A stretch of DNA of 64,000 nt from Methanotrichaceae archaeon (GTDB lineage Archaea; Halobacteriota; Methanosarcinia; Methanotrichales; Methanotrichaceae): NCBI GenBank assembly GCA_963803145.1, contig CAWDLW010000012.1, forward strand, positions 160,001-224,000, in the 5' to 3' direction. This document shows, piece by piece, positions 20,034 through 31,199 of this stretch. A program made the translations under genes and the position numbers. Numbering within the stretch: the first letter of the stretch is position 1; each line of letters starts with the position of its first letter. Under the pieces are notes generated by a model. That model saw nothing but the letters and a program-made list of their open reading frames with translations. It searched no databases and had not been told where the DNA came from.

Positions 20034-20691
20034 ACGTAATACCCCACAGCTTGTTGTGGATGGGATAAAGGGCATCCGTATACAACTTAGGGATGGATCA
20101 GCTAGCCAATTGTGATTTAATGCGGCGACGCCTCGCATGCCTCACTGTTTGCAGCGTGAGATAAAATACCGGTAAGAACCTTTTTCATCGAACTTGGAAG
20201 GATCACCTATAATTATATTATCCTTGCCATTCTGTTAGCTGTCGCTTTACATTTTCAAAGGTTGGGTCTTTGATCCTTTCGAAAATTTTAAGCGCAGACT
20301 GAGCATAGTCAACAGCCTTAGATTGTTCCCCTATCTTATATAATACGAGGCTTATATTCCATAAGGCATTGCCCTCTCCAGCAGGGACTCCAATCTTACG
20401 GAAGATTTCTAATGATTGCTCATAGGATTCGATGGCCTGGCGAGATTCGCCTAGTCTCTCATAGGCCACACCAAGGTTGCCTAAAACGTTTGCCTTTCCT
20501 TTAAGATCTCCAATATTATTAGCAATTTCTAATCTCTTTTCATAATATTCAATTGCCTGGATAGGTTCGCCTAACGCACAGTATGCAATGCCTAAATTAT
20601 TTAAATCTGCACATTCTCCTTTCAGATCTCTTAATTCTCTGTCAATTATCAGAGCTTTCTTATAAAATTCAATAGCATATTGAAGCTTACC

Positions 20692-21829
20692 GAGGATTCC
20701 TATTTACTTGTATCCTAAGGGCGGTTTTTTTAAATCGACTCTAGATTTGCCTTACGATGTTCGCTATTCTTGGTCTAACCTGTTTTTTTTCAGTTAATTC
20801 TCGATAGCATCCGCTATCCCTAAATGACATTTGCCTTTTTAAGAGTACAAAGCTGATACAAGTTAAAAGCGAAAGCGGTAACTATCATTTTCACATGCAC
20901 TCTTCTGACTGATGTAACAAGCACTCTTCCAGCCTCGAAAACCCTCTTGATTACAGCATGGGGCCTTTCGCCAGGCGATCTGAGGATACTGATCAACTGA
21001 TTGCGTTCTTTATCAAGATCAGAAAGAGGTTTATCAGTAGTCCTGCGCTTCATTGTAAAATCAATACCTTTGGCCTTCACACCGAAATATCCTCTATCTC
21101 TGAAAACTGGCACGCCAGGGATAGAGAGATCAACCTGACTGTCATGCAGTGATGCAGTCGAGGTCTCTATATCACGTATTAGGCTGTAATCGATATCAGT
21201 TATTTGATGTAACTTATATCCGAAGTGAGTTTCATTGCCTTTCTTAGCCCATGTGCCATCCTTGCTGCGACGTGTCTTAGCCTCATCGCCACGTGGTTTC
21301 TTTGACTCCGATGATCCTGGATCTGCTTCTATAAAGGTAGCATCCTGAACAATTCCGCGTCTGATCTTCAATCCTTTTGCATCCAACTGTCTTTGAAGTT
21401 CAGCCCAAACAAGCCTATCTGTTCCTGTCTCCGCCATTCGTTCTTTGAATGACCATATAGTTCTGGAATCAGGGAACTGATCAGGAAAACCAAGAAATGC
21501 CATAAATGATATGCGATCAGCCATTTGCCGTTCAACAGCCAGATCGCTCAGGCCATACCACTGCTGGAGAATCAGGATCCTGAACATTAGAATAACATCA
21601 CAGTTGGGCCTTCCTCCCTTCTCGGTCTTATTAGTATACATCCCTTCCAGAAGAGGACGAAAGGGAACCCAATTGATCAATCCAGATACTTGAGCTAATT
21701 TAGACTCCTCTTGCTTTGCATTTAGACCTTTCAATACCCAAGTAGTAAAAGAATCCATAACAATAAATACTATTTGCTGTATTTAACACTTTCGATGCTA
21801 AAGCAGGGGGTAGGTTTATAGGAATCCTC
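20692..21829 (-). mobile_element. IS5-family insertion sequence
   Basis: 16-bp TIRs GAGGATTCCTATTTAC / GTTTATAGGAATCCTC (14/16); 4-bp target duplication TACC at 20688-20691 and 21830-21833. Confidence 0.93.
20820..21758 (-). CDS. IS5-family DDE transposase
   Basis: GGRP, LQQWYGLSD, PDSRTIW, QDATFI, GYKLH, RDRGY, R..GERP; intact 312 aa. Confidence 0.93.
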   Translation of the reverse strand: MDSFTTWVLKGLNAKQEESKLAQVSGLINWVPFRPLLEGMYTNKTEKGGRPNCDVILMFRILILQQWYGLSDLAVERQMADRISFMAFLGFPDQFPDSRTIWSFKERMAETGTDRLVWAELQRQLDAKGLKIRRGIVQDATFIEADPGSSESKKPRGDEAKTRRSKDGTWAKKGNETHFGYKLHQITDIDYSLIRDIETSTASLHDSQVDLSIPGVPVFRDRGYFGVKAKGIDFTMKRRTTDKPLSDLDKERNQLISILRSPGERPHAVIKRVFEAGRVLVTSVRRVHVKMIVTAFAFNLYQLCTLKKANVI

Positions 21830-23850
21830 TACCTATTGATAGATAAATAGTCCCTATATTCCCTAGAACTGTTTCTTCTCCGACAAGATCTTTAATTTCT
21901 TGGGAGATCTTAAGGCTTTTATTATAGAAATCTAATGCAATATGAGGCTTACCTAGTTTTAAATATATATTACCTAGATCACATAATGCTGTATATTCTC
22001 CCTTGATATCCCTTAAATAACATGAAATTTCCAATCGCTTTTCATGCATCTGAATACCCTGTTGAAATTTCCCAGTTTGCGAATAGATTCTGCCTAAAGA
22101 ACTCAAAGCTTTGCTTGCCCCTCTTAAATCCCCTCTCCCTAAATGGATTTCTAAAGCCTTCCGATACGATTCATCAGCTTTTTTTAACTTCCCCAGATGC
22201 TGATAAACCCTACCGAGATTGCCACAGGCGTTGCCTTCGCCATACTTATCTCCAATTTTATGGGCTATATGAAGAAATCTCTTAAAAAGTTTAAGGGCAT
22301 TATGGTAATCTCCAAAATGAATATTGGCGTTACCCATATTGCCTAGTACATAACACTCTAATTGGCGATTTCTAATCTTATGGGCGACAGCAAGTGCCTG
22401 ATTATAATAATCAATAGCAAGATGCATATCTCCTAGATCAGCACAAGCTAAGCCTAACAGATTAAGGAAAGCTCCCTCGTTGTTGTAATCTCCAATAGCA
22501 AGCGCAGCCTGTAAGCCTGCTTTGGCTACCTTAACTCTTTCTGTTGAATAGCCTTGTAAATCTAAGTAATTATCGAACATTAAGGTTATTTTACAGACAG
22601 CATCCCATTCACTAGCATCAAGGCAAGCAGATTGTAGCGCTAAAATATGAGCGCGATTAGTATCAATGATGATCTTACCTGGTAGACCCGGACCCCCTTG
22701 CTCCTTTAATAAGTTACAGTAATATTGAGCAAGGCGTAATAACATATCATGCTCCGTTACTAGATCTTTTCGTGCGTATGTATATGCTAATGTATGCGCT
22801 ACGTGATAGAACGTATCAGGTCTTATTATCAAACCGTAATCTACTAGCTCCCCCAAATGGCGATCAGCTTCATGTCTAGGTATATTTAAGGCTGTAGCGA
22901 TGAGTTCTGGACCAAAAGGGCTCATTGCTAATATGCCAGCCACCCTAAATGAGGCGCGTGATAACTCACTTAGCTGATCTAAGCTACGCTTCATTAATAC
23001 AGGTATACTTTGATGCTGCCGCTCTCCTAGGTCTAGGGCTGCCAGAGGTGTGGCCTCAAGCCATGCAAGATAATCCTCGGCTTGTTGATGGCATTGAGAC
23101 ATATATTTTCCTGCTAGAACGATCGCAAGGGGTAAGCCCCCCAGGAATTCACAAATCCTATTAGCTGATACTTCATCGGCTGCATAATTATGCCCCCATG
23201 CACGTAATAGCTGGATAGCTTGGTCTTGTGGTAAAGGTGATAAATCACTCCAATCGGCAGGAGCATCTCTATGACGTCGACTAGTAATGATAATACCACA
23301 ACTCACAGCAACCTCTAAGATTACATCCAAATTATCGGCAGATTCAGCACCATCTAATATAAGAAGGGCTTTGCGACCTGCCAATGCACGGCGAGCAGTA
23401 TCGATTGGGCTGGGTCGTGGATCTTCTCCAAATGCACGGGCTAATGCCTCTAAGGCAAGACTGGCCTGGGGTTGATGGTAAAATGTATGAAAAATCACTC
23501 CATCTGGAAATTGACTGGGGGGACTATTATCAGGGGCAAGGCGCCAAAGTATCTCAGATACAAGAGCAGTCTTGCCGATACCTCCTGGACCACATAATGT
23601 AACTGCATAACCAGGCTTTAATGAATCTAATAAGGTTGCAAGTTCCTTTTCACGGCCAACAAAATGGTGGGTTCGGGGCGGCTTCTGCAGAGGGATATGT
23701 AGTGAAAGAGACGGCGCGTTAATAATGACTGGCCCATGAAACTTTCCAGAAAGCACTGGGCCATCTGCATTTCCCCTTATGTTAGTCTGGGAACCATCTC
23801 CAGCTTTATCCTGTTGGCTCATGGTGGATTCCCTTTATTATCCGATATTT

Positions 23851-24288
23851 TCATTTGGATTCTCTTGCGTTAACTGAACCGTGGAAATTGCCTGAAAGCA
23901 CAGGGCCATTTACATTACCAGCGATGTTTGTCTGTGAGCCATGGATTATTTGTCCACGCTGATCGAAAACACTGCTGGCTGTACCTTTCTCTTCAATTGC
24001 TTCAATTAACTTGCCTACTTCTTCAGCGAACTTCGTGTCCTTTTCCATTTTTTCAGCTAAGACATCCTTAAGTGCTGCCTGCCTATCTTCTGACTCAGGT
24101 TTCTCTTTTGCGCGAGCTAGCGTTTGCTCGGCGAATGTGTCTCCTTTGAATTTATTCTCGACTGCCTGGCATAATTCCACAAACTTTTTGCCGAGTCCCT
24201 CGCCAGCAGTTTTGATAAATGAATCTCCTCCCTTGGCAAGATAGGGGGCTGCTGCAGCTGCGATTAATCCAACATCGACAGGTAACAT
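23851..24288 (-). CDS. BELL/HeLo-like small helical effector with C-terminal amyloid-like motif
   Basis: Hydrophobic N-helix (VGLIAAAAAPYLAKGG), charged helical body, C-terminal GSQTNIAGNVNGPVLSGNFHGSV that is 18/23 identical to the NLR N-terminus; 28 nt upstream of the NLR start. Confidence 0.8.
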   Translation of the reverse strand: MLPVDVGLIAAAAAPYLAKGGDSFIKTAGEGLGKKFVELCQAVENKFKGDTFAEQTLARAKEKPESEDRQAALKDVLAEKMEKDTKFAEEVGKLIEAIEEKGTASSVFDQRGQIIHGSQTNIAGNVNGPVLSGNFHGSVNARESK

Positions 24289-24441
24289 ATTGCCCGAACC
24301 TCGGATGCTTTCTTAGGGGTATGGAGTGATAAATTTTATCCTATCGCTTATTGTAAAACCTACTGAACATAATGGGCTGTTAATATGATTAATATGGCGG
24401 TATCTTAAGCCTGAATGCCTTTAACAATTCACTAAAGGAGA

Positions 24442-25760
24442 CTATTTATCACGCTTTTGTTTTTCAATAGGGCTGTCGAGCGTAACTTCATGAATGAAAG
24501 TTCCTGAAAGTACGTGTCCATGCACATCGCCGTAAATATTCGTTATGGCTTTTGCTCCTATGAACAAAGAGGTTAATAAGACCAGCTTTAAAGTTTCAAA
24601 TCTCTGTTCTAATGTTGCTGTATCTTGAGATTCTAATAGAGCAAGGGTTTCAAGATACTCTTGTGCCTCCTTGGGAAATTTTTTGCAGTGAAGCTTCAGA
24701 AGTGGAACAATCTCCAGCAAATAACGATCTGCAGCTATTGGTGAGCTGATATCTTTCAACCCCTTAGTTGCATCGTAAGTAAGCTTTCCGAAATCTTCAA
24801 GAGCAGTTCCCTTAGAGCTTTTACAGAGCTTCCGTGCTGCATCCTCTACATCCTTAAATATAGTCTTGATTTTATCATCGATGATCGGGATTCCCCTTTC
24901 AACCATAGCAGCATCTACTACCTTGGAAGCAAAAGGTGCTCTGCCCCTTACCCTCTCCAAGCAATCCACTGCCTGGAAGCAATATCTAGTGTAGGCTTTG
25001 AGATCCTGTTTCCGAGATATCATATCTTCCACGGTATATGTCTTGACCTCCCAGAGAGCCTTAGATAGGTTATCCACAGCTTCAAGGAGGATCTCCTCCA
25101 TACTCTCAGAGACTTTTACTGCCTCCTTAGCCTCTTAGCCTCAGCTAGATATCTCTGGATCTCCTCTGCCTTAGATACATCTCTAAACAAAAGACTGTGT
25201 AGTGATTTATAAAAGGGCAGACAAAAAACAGCATGGTTCTCATTTCTCCAATTCCCCGGGCTATCCGAGGATTTTTGGAAGAATTCGATCGCTTCTTCTA
25301 GGTGAGCTTTGAGATCCCTATCATCGGCCTCAGTTGCCTTGAAGATGCATGCCCGACCTAAGGAATGATAGGAGATAGACCTGATGGCTTCATCCTTCTC
25401 CTTAGAGAGCCTATCTAATTCTCTCCAAACTAGAGACTTGTAAGGCAAGCTAGGGAATAACGATCCAAGCACGCAGCCTACTTCCCATCGTACATAGCGA
25501 TTCCGGTCATTAGCTAATCTGTGAAGATCCTGCCATACAAGATGATCGCTAGGCAAGTTAGGGAACGCCAACTCAATCGCGGCAACTGCATATTTTCGCA
25601 CAAGAAAATGGTGATCCTGGGTTAGCCTATGTAGGTCTTGCCAGGCAGCTTCTTTGTCATCCAGATGGTCAAACTCGTTTCCGAGCAGTGTTGCAGCATG
25701 TTGCCTATGTTCTGTACTCTCAGAAATTGACATCTCATGGATCTCTGCGTAGGATACCAA
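24442..25760 (-). pseudogene. HEAT-repeat protein with C-terminal amyloid-like motif, frameshifted
   Basis: WQDLHRL..D...VR HEAT repeats; deleting one copy of tandem TTAGCCTC (25127-25142) fuses ORFs 25116-25760 and 24442-25101 (..YLAEAKEAVKVSESMEEILL..) into 436 aa. Confidence 0.85.
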
Positions 25761-25890
25761 GGACTAGCACCAGCGAGTACATACTTAAAAGAGCTTATAA
25801 GTTTATGCCTTTCCATGGCCGCCGCTAATCTACATCTTTTAGATACTAACGAGATATAACTATCATGGATCAAAACCACTAATATTCCTC

Positions 25891-26115
25891 TTAGCCTTTA
25901 TTCTCCTTTCTCATCACCTCCACCCGCACCGAAAACACTGCCGACTCTAATGGCTCATCCAGCGTATAGAATGCCTCTCTTGAATGCTTCTTGGCCATTT
26001 CGGCGATCATCTGACCGTAAATCTGGTCTTCCTTCTTCAGCGCCTTCGAAGCCTTCAGCCACCTTGTCGAGACTTCCTTCACGGCCATTCTCACGATCTC
26101 AATACTTCGGCCCAC
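25891..26115 (-). CDS. Small conserved archaeal protein (MGRS..VR type, reminiscent of the small ORF found in PolB2 neighbourhoods)
   Basis: MGRS..VRM..ALKKEDQ..H..EA..PLES pattern recalled from that family; no polB2 in window. Confidence 0.55.
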   Translation of the reverse strand: MGRSIEIVRMAVKEVSTRWLKASKALKKEDQIYGQMIAEMAKKHSREAFYTLDEPLESAVFSVRVEVMRKENKG

Positions 26116-26155
26116 GCTATCTACCTATAGGAGAGGGATAACTTTAGCGATTAAA

Positions 26156-26401
26156 GGACAACTCGTAACATAGGGTCCTTATAATTATATTTGGCATCCC
26201 TCTTATACCGGCGGCCTGCTAATTTTTGTAAGGGTATCCTTGGCGATTGGGACTTGGCTTGGGGCGATCTTTGCTCTTGCTGCAAACTTGATAGCTTACC
26301 GTTACCGCATTCGAGTTGAAGAAGAGGCGTTGCAAGAGGCTTTTGGCTCCGATTACGAAGTGTATAGAAGAAGAACTTGGAAATTATTTCCAGGCTTTTA
26401 A
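26156..26401 (+). pseudogene. Isoprenylcysteine carboxyl methyltransferase-family 3' fragment
   Basis: GQLVT*GPYNYIWHPSYTG..RIRVEEEALQEAFGSDYEVYRRRTWKLFPGF*; 5' part absent, internal TAG at 26171. Confidence 0.75.
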
Positions 26402-27048
26402 AAGAAGGCACGAAGAAAGCATGGCCAAAGTTAGAATCCCTTGTGGCTGCGAGTATCAACCTTAAGGAGAAAACAGCATGCTGCAGCTCAAAAATCGATA
26501 TTTGCGAGTATCAGCGAGTATCAAAATGACCCCAATATGGGTAATCACTGATATACTCATTGCCTGCAAAAGCAAGAGCCAATAATCATTCGCGGCGACA
26601 GCTATGATTAGGTGCAAGGAGTTAGAAGAAAAAGATATGGTGTATAAAGTAGAGTATAGAAAAAACATGGATGGCATGGATGGTAACGCATTATCACTCA
26701 GACCATGCTGGGTTGGCCCAGGAGGTTAAACTGAAGGGCGTCCGGCTTGTCGTCCTAGAAAATCGGATGCCATTTATCCCAAAGCTGCGAACATAGATGA
26801 AGCCAAGCAGTCCTTACATTGAGATTGCTCTTGATGATAACCTCAGTCTCAGCTTCAAAGACAGCCGAGCTTTCTTGCAGCGTTTTGCATAATGGGCCTG
26901 TCAGGCGTCTGAAGAGCCCGACGATTAATAGGACGAATGATAGTAGCTATTAGGATAATCTTTAATAATTTCCCATTAAATTATGGCTAAGATACATGAT
27001 AAACTTAGAATTGTTATGCGTAACTATCTCAAGGTGGAGGTTAATAGA

Positions 27049-27705
27049 ATGAGGCTGACAAGCGTCTTGTTATTGGCCATATTGCTTTTATGTTTATCTG
27101 TTCATGCTGCTGATGATGATTATTACCTAGGCGCTGCCGCAGTGCCAAGCATTCCAGCGCCGAATATGGATGTGCCAAGTCCTGTCGTCTCAGCCCCGAA
27201 TATGGGCATGACGGATACAAAACCTGCGCCTTTAGTTAAGCCAAACAACATTAATCCGAGCAATAATCTTAATCCAACCTCCAATCAAACCTCGAATAAA
27301 GTCGGCAATGTGAGCGCCGATCAGACTCAAGTGGCACAAATACAACAAACAGCCAAGACAATGGATGTAAGCGGCAAATGGTTGATAATGTTCGACGATG
27401 GATCTGACAGGTCGCTTGATCTGACACTATGGCAATCTGCCGGAGCTGCAGGAATCATGGGTTTCGGCACTTTGACTGAAGAGGGCACAAAGAATTCTGT
27501 GACTGCCAGCGGATCTGTAACAGCTGAGGAGCTCAAATTAACCGCTAAGCTAGCCACGCCCGAACAGGCCAATCTGAAGTACGACGAGTGTGATCTCGAC
27601 CTGCATAATGTGAATGATACCCTATCAGGAACTTATGTCCTGAGATCCGCCGGTCAGTTTTTAGTGAAGGGGAATGCAACAGCAGAGACGGCTCCCGCTT
27701 CATAG
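27049..27705 (+). CDS. Secreted hypothetical protein with Pro/Asn-rich linker
   Basis: GGAGGT RBS, signal peptide MRLTSVLLLAILLL, beta-rich C-terminal domain. Confidence 0.72.
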   Translation: MRLTSVLLLAILLLCLSVHAADDDYYLGAAAVPSIPAPNMDVPSPVVSAPNMGMTDTKPAPLVKPNNINPSNNLNPTSNQTSNKVGNVSADQTQVAQIQQTAKTMDVSGKWLIMFDDGSDRSLDLTLWQSAGAAGIMGFGTLTEEGTKNSVTASGSVTAEELKLTAKLATPEQANLKYDECDLDLHNVNDTLSGTYVLRSAGQFLVKGNATAETAPAS

Positions 27706-27967
27706 ACATTTAAGAATTCAAAATCTAGAGGGATCTGCCTCCTTCATAGGCATTAGCTTTTTGAATTTTTTTATAAAGGCTTATGCTAATGCACTGTCAT
27801 TATTGGCTATCTTAGCTGTTATTTGGTTAATGGAGTAATCCCCAGTTTGCCAACGGAAACATTAATTAGCATTAACTTCCATTAATAAAAACTAAATAAA
27901 GGATAATGATCCTTGCCTATTAGACATAGTTCACAGCGAAATTAAGGCGCAACGGCGGAGTTACTTC

Positions 27968-30421
27968 ATGGATGACAGCATAATAATGAAAAAGTTGCTA
28001 CATGAAGCTTTTAACAATAAAAAACAGTTAATCTCTTTCCGAAGCGCCCTAATACTTGGGGCCTGCATTATTCTTGGTAACATAGTGATAGTTGTCTCGC
28101 TAAGAGATAACCTAGCGCTTATCAGGACAGTTGGCGATTTTGTAGCTCCTCTAATAGAGCTTTTTTCGGTATTCTGTATGGCCTATGCAGCTAGCAATTT
28201 CAAAAAATCAGGAGAGCAGGTATGGCTCGCCTGGGTTATTCTCGCTGCTGCCCAGTTCTCTTATGCGATTGGAGATGTTGTATGGTCCATAATCGAATTA
28301 GGACAACATCGATTACCCTTCCCATCGCGAGCGGATGGATTTTATCTGATGTTTTACCCTCTATTTGCTGCAGGTATTCTTCTTTTGCCCAAAAGACCCA
28401 TGGCCTCAGGTGACAGGATTAAGGTACTATTGGACACTGGCATCGTGATGATTGCCTCCATTTTGCTGTTTTGGGCATTCTTGATCGCTCCGGCCGTTAA
28501 GTCCTTTTCGGGGACAGATGCCTTTACTGTGATTCTTGCTGTGGGCTATCCCATAATGGATCTGCTGCTAATCTTTACGCTGATAGAGCTATTGCTCAGA
28601 AGGCTAAGTTACACAGAAATCAGCCCGTTGGCTCTATTAACAGCTAGCATAGTGATAATGATCATCACTGATATAATTTTCATGAACCAATCATTACAGA
28701 GGAAGTACATCTCAGGTGGCTTGTTGGACACGGGGTGGTATGCAAGCTTTTTATTGATGGGGCTTGCCGGCATACTTCAGGCAAATTCACAGCGATTCAA
28801 TCTACCATCCCTATCTTTAGTACCTGAACCCAAGCCTAGATACGTCCAGTTTACGTGGCCTCTTTATTTTCCTTATATATTGGCGGGAGTTGCCTACATT
28901 CTTCTTATCTACAATTACAATCACCCGTTTCCCATAGCATTTTCCACTATGGCTCTAAGTGTGGGCTGCATCGTTGGCCTTGTAATCATCCGTCAGATTG
29001 TTGCCTTAAAAGAAAACTCCAGGCTGTATGGGATGACCCTAAAGGAGATTGCTGAACGCAATAAAAAAGAAGAAGAGATCAAGAGGCTCAACGAAGAGCT
29101 GGAAGTTCGGGTTATCGAGCGCACTGCAGAGCTCGACGATACAAACAAAAGGCTGCGAAATGAGATCCTTGAACGTGAAAAGACTGAAGAGGATCTGCAT
29201 AAGGCCAAAGAAGCAGCGGAAGCTGCAATGACAGCTAAATCTGAGTTCCTCGCCATTATGAGCCATGAGATAAGGACCCCAATGAATGCAGTCATTGGAA
29301 TGACCGGTTTCCTCCTGGATTCTAATCTCGATAAAGAGCAGCGTGAACACGTTGAGATTATAAGAAATAGCGGCAATGCTCTTCTCTCTGTAATAAATGA
29401 TATTCTTGACTTCTCTAAAATCGAGAACGGTAAGATGGTGCTGGAGAGCCAAGCATTTGATCTTAGAAGTTTTATTAAAGCCAGCATGGATTTGGTAGCT
29501 AACAATGCCGCCGAGAAAGGCCTGAAGCTGGTATGTATAATAGAAGATTCTGTGCCTAGTGCAATCATAAGCGATCCGACTAGGCTACGTCAGATCTTGG
29601 TCAATCTGCTCAGCAACGCCGTCAAGTTTACTGATAAAGGCGAGGTCGAGATATCCGTCACCTCCCAGACGATTAAGGATGGCAGATGCGAGCTTCACTT
29701 TGCTATCAGGGATACTGGGATTGGGATACCAAAGGATAGAATGGACAGGCTCTTCCAATCATTCAGCCAGATCGATATGACCACCACTCGGAAGTATGGT
29801 GGAACAGGTTTAGGACTGGCCATAAGCAAGCGCCTTGTCGAAATCATGGGCGGCAAGATCTGGGCGGAAAGCGAGTCGGGGATAGGATCTACATTTCACT
29901 TTATGCTTTCGGTTGATACGTCATTGGATCATTTCCCCAAGCCTGAAGAGGCTCCTTATCGATCAAAGGGCAATGTTCATGCTAACGCTAATGCTAATTT
30001 GCGCATCCTCCTTGTAGAGGATAATGTGATCAATCGGAAGGTCATGTTGCATATGCTCAAGAAGCTGGGCTATAGAGCAGAGGTAGCTGCAGATGGCATG
30101 GAGGCTCTCAGGATTCTAAATCTCGAGCATTATGACATTGTGCTTATGGATATACAGATGCCGGGGATGGATGGCATTGAGGCCACAAAGGAGATACGCA
30201 AACGTTGGCCCAATGGGCCGGTGGTCGTTGCTCTCACTGCCTATGCATTGGATGGTGACCGAGAGCGATGCATGGAGGCAGGCATGGATGGATACATTAG
30301 CAAGCCTGTGAAGATAGAGGAGCTGGAAGCTGTGCTGCTGAATTGCGAGGATAAAATAGCAGAACGATCGGGTTCCTACAAAAAGGAGAGCGAGATAACT
30401 GGGCTTGTCAATAACACCTAG
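27968..30421 (+). CDS. Hybrid sensor histidine kinase (multi-TM input, HisKA, HATPase_c, REC)
   Basis: [48 protein letters not shown]. Confidence 0.95.
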   Translation: MDDSIIMKKLLHEAFNNKKQLISFRSALILGACIILGNIVIVVSLRDNLALIRTVGDFVAPLIELFSVFCMAYAASNFKKSGEQVWLAWVILAAAQFSYAIGDVVWSIIELGQHRLPFPSRADGFYLMFYPLFAAGILLLPKRPMASGDRIKVLLDTGIVMIASILLFWAFLIAPAVKSFSGTDAFTVILAVGYPIMDLLLIFTLIELLLRRLSYTEISPLALLTASIVIMIITDIIFMNQSLQRKYISGGLLDTGWYASFLLMGLAGILQANSQRFNLPSLSLVPEPKPRYVQFTWPLYFPYILAGVAYILLIYNYNHPFPIAFSTMALSVGCIVGLVIIRQIVALKENSRLYGMTLKEIAERNKKEEEIKRLNEELEVRVIERTAELDDTNKRLRNEILEREKTEEDLHKAKEAAEAAMTAKSEFLAIMSHEIRTPMNAVIGMTGFLLDSNLDKEQREHVEIIRNSGNALLSVINDILDFSKIENGKMVLESQAFDLRSFIKASMDLVANNAAEKGLKLVCIIEDSVPSAIISDPTRLRQILVNLLSNAVKFTDKGEVEISVTSQTIKDGRCELHFAIRDTGIGIPKDRMDRLFQSFSQIDMTTTRKYGGTGLGLAISKRLVEIMGGKIWAESESGIGSTFHFMLSVDTSLDHFPKPEEAPYRSKGNVHANANANLRILLVEDNVINRKVMLHMLKKLGYRAEVAADGMEALRILNLEHYDIVLMDIQMPGMDGIEATKEIRKRWPNGPVVVALTAYALDGDRERCMEAGMDGYISKPVKIEELEAVLLNCEDKIAERSGSYKKESEITGLVNNT

Positions 30422-30589
30422 GCTGAGATATGAGCACTAGCTCCGTTTTACAGTGGTCTCTCCTCCTAGAAAACGCCATCGATGTTCGGCGAATCTGTTG
30501 GCACGGGCTGGTTATAGTCCCACATTTCCACAATCCTGTTGCTTGTTTATGATGTTGGGTGCTGTCTTCCATGATGATTCTCCCTTGTG

Positions 30590-31189
30590 ACTCCGGATCG
30601 ACTGAATCTCCTCGGCCGACCAATCTGGAATATGCAGATTCAATTGTTTCACTTTAACGACTAGCGTGGGCCAATCTCCAGGGTTTGGAGCTATCTGGGT
30701 GTATTCCTCCTGCCAAGGTGTCCCTGCCAGGTTTTCAGGCTTTAAATTCTCCATTCCTGCAACGAGCCCTGGTTGGAATCCGCTATTGTTGTAGGTAACT
30801 GAGGCGACCACAAGCTTGCGCACCAGATCAGGCTGATGGATGGCAATCTGAAGGGCTATGCCAGCACCCATGCTGTAGCCGAAGACATCAGCTTCCTTTA
30901 TCCCGATGTGCCTCAGCAGGGCGGCCGTATCCTCCGCCATCCGATTGATAGTCAGCGGGCGATCGATGTCAGCCGTGTGTCCATGTGCCTGCTGCTCGAT
31001 TGCGATGACCTGACGGGTCCTGGCAAGGGACGGCAGGAGCTTTCCGAAAGATGTGCCGATTGCCGATAATGCACCGTGAAGCAGGACCAGCGGCCTGCCA
31101 GTGCCGTGGATCTCGTAATACATATTGAGACCATTCACAGATGCATAGCCCCTCTCAGAGACAGTTGTTATCTTGTTCTTTGTCATCAT
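30590..31189 (-). pseudogene. Alpha/beta hydrolase, 3'-truncated
   Basis: LLHG, GHGHT-like and GYSMG motifs present; similarity to the 35607 paralog stops after WSAEEIQSI, so the Asp/His region is missing. Confidence 0.7.
31088..31129. repeat. 42-bp exact direct repeat, copy 1
   Basis: CAGCGGCCTGCCAGTGCCGTGGATCTCGTAATACATATTGAG, identical to 36324-36365. Confidence 0.85.
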
Positions 31190-31199
31190 GATTTTCCTT

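Larger units (their letters stand above)
20218..23822 (-). pseudogene. NLR-like STAND protein (N-terminal amyloid-like motif, NB-ARC, TPR), interrupted by an IS5 element
   Basis: GPGGIGKT, LLILDGAE, IIITSR, GLPLAI, then TPRs; removing IS 20692-21829 plus one TACC restores the frame (..YLSIG/KLQYAIEFYKKAL..) through to the stop at 20218, giving 820 aa. Confidence 0.9.

Noticed and set aside
20034-20165. IS200/IS605-like MITE after the bcp fragment
   Set aside because: Only two short 5-bp stems; the first overlaps what may be decayed bcp coding sequence (NTP), so support is insufficient
26171-26173. Pyrrolysine read-through of the in-frame TAG in the ICMT fragment
   Set aside because: The gene also lacks its 5' part, so ordinary pseudogenisation is simpler
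26460-26895. Additional short ORF-like fragments
   Set aside because: Interrupted by stops and not assignable to a family from sequence alone
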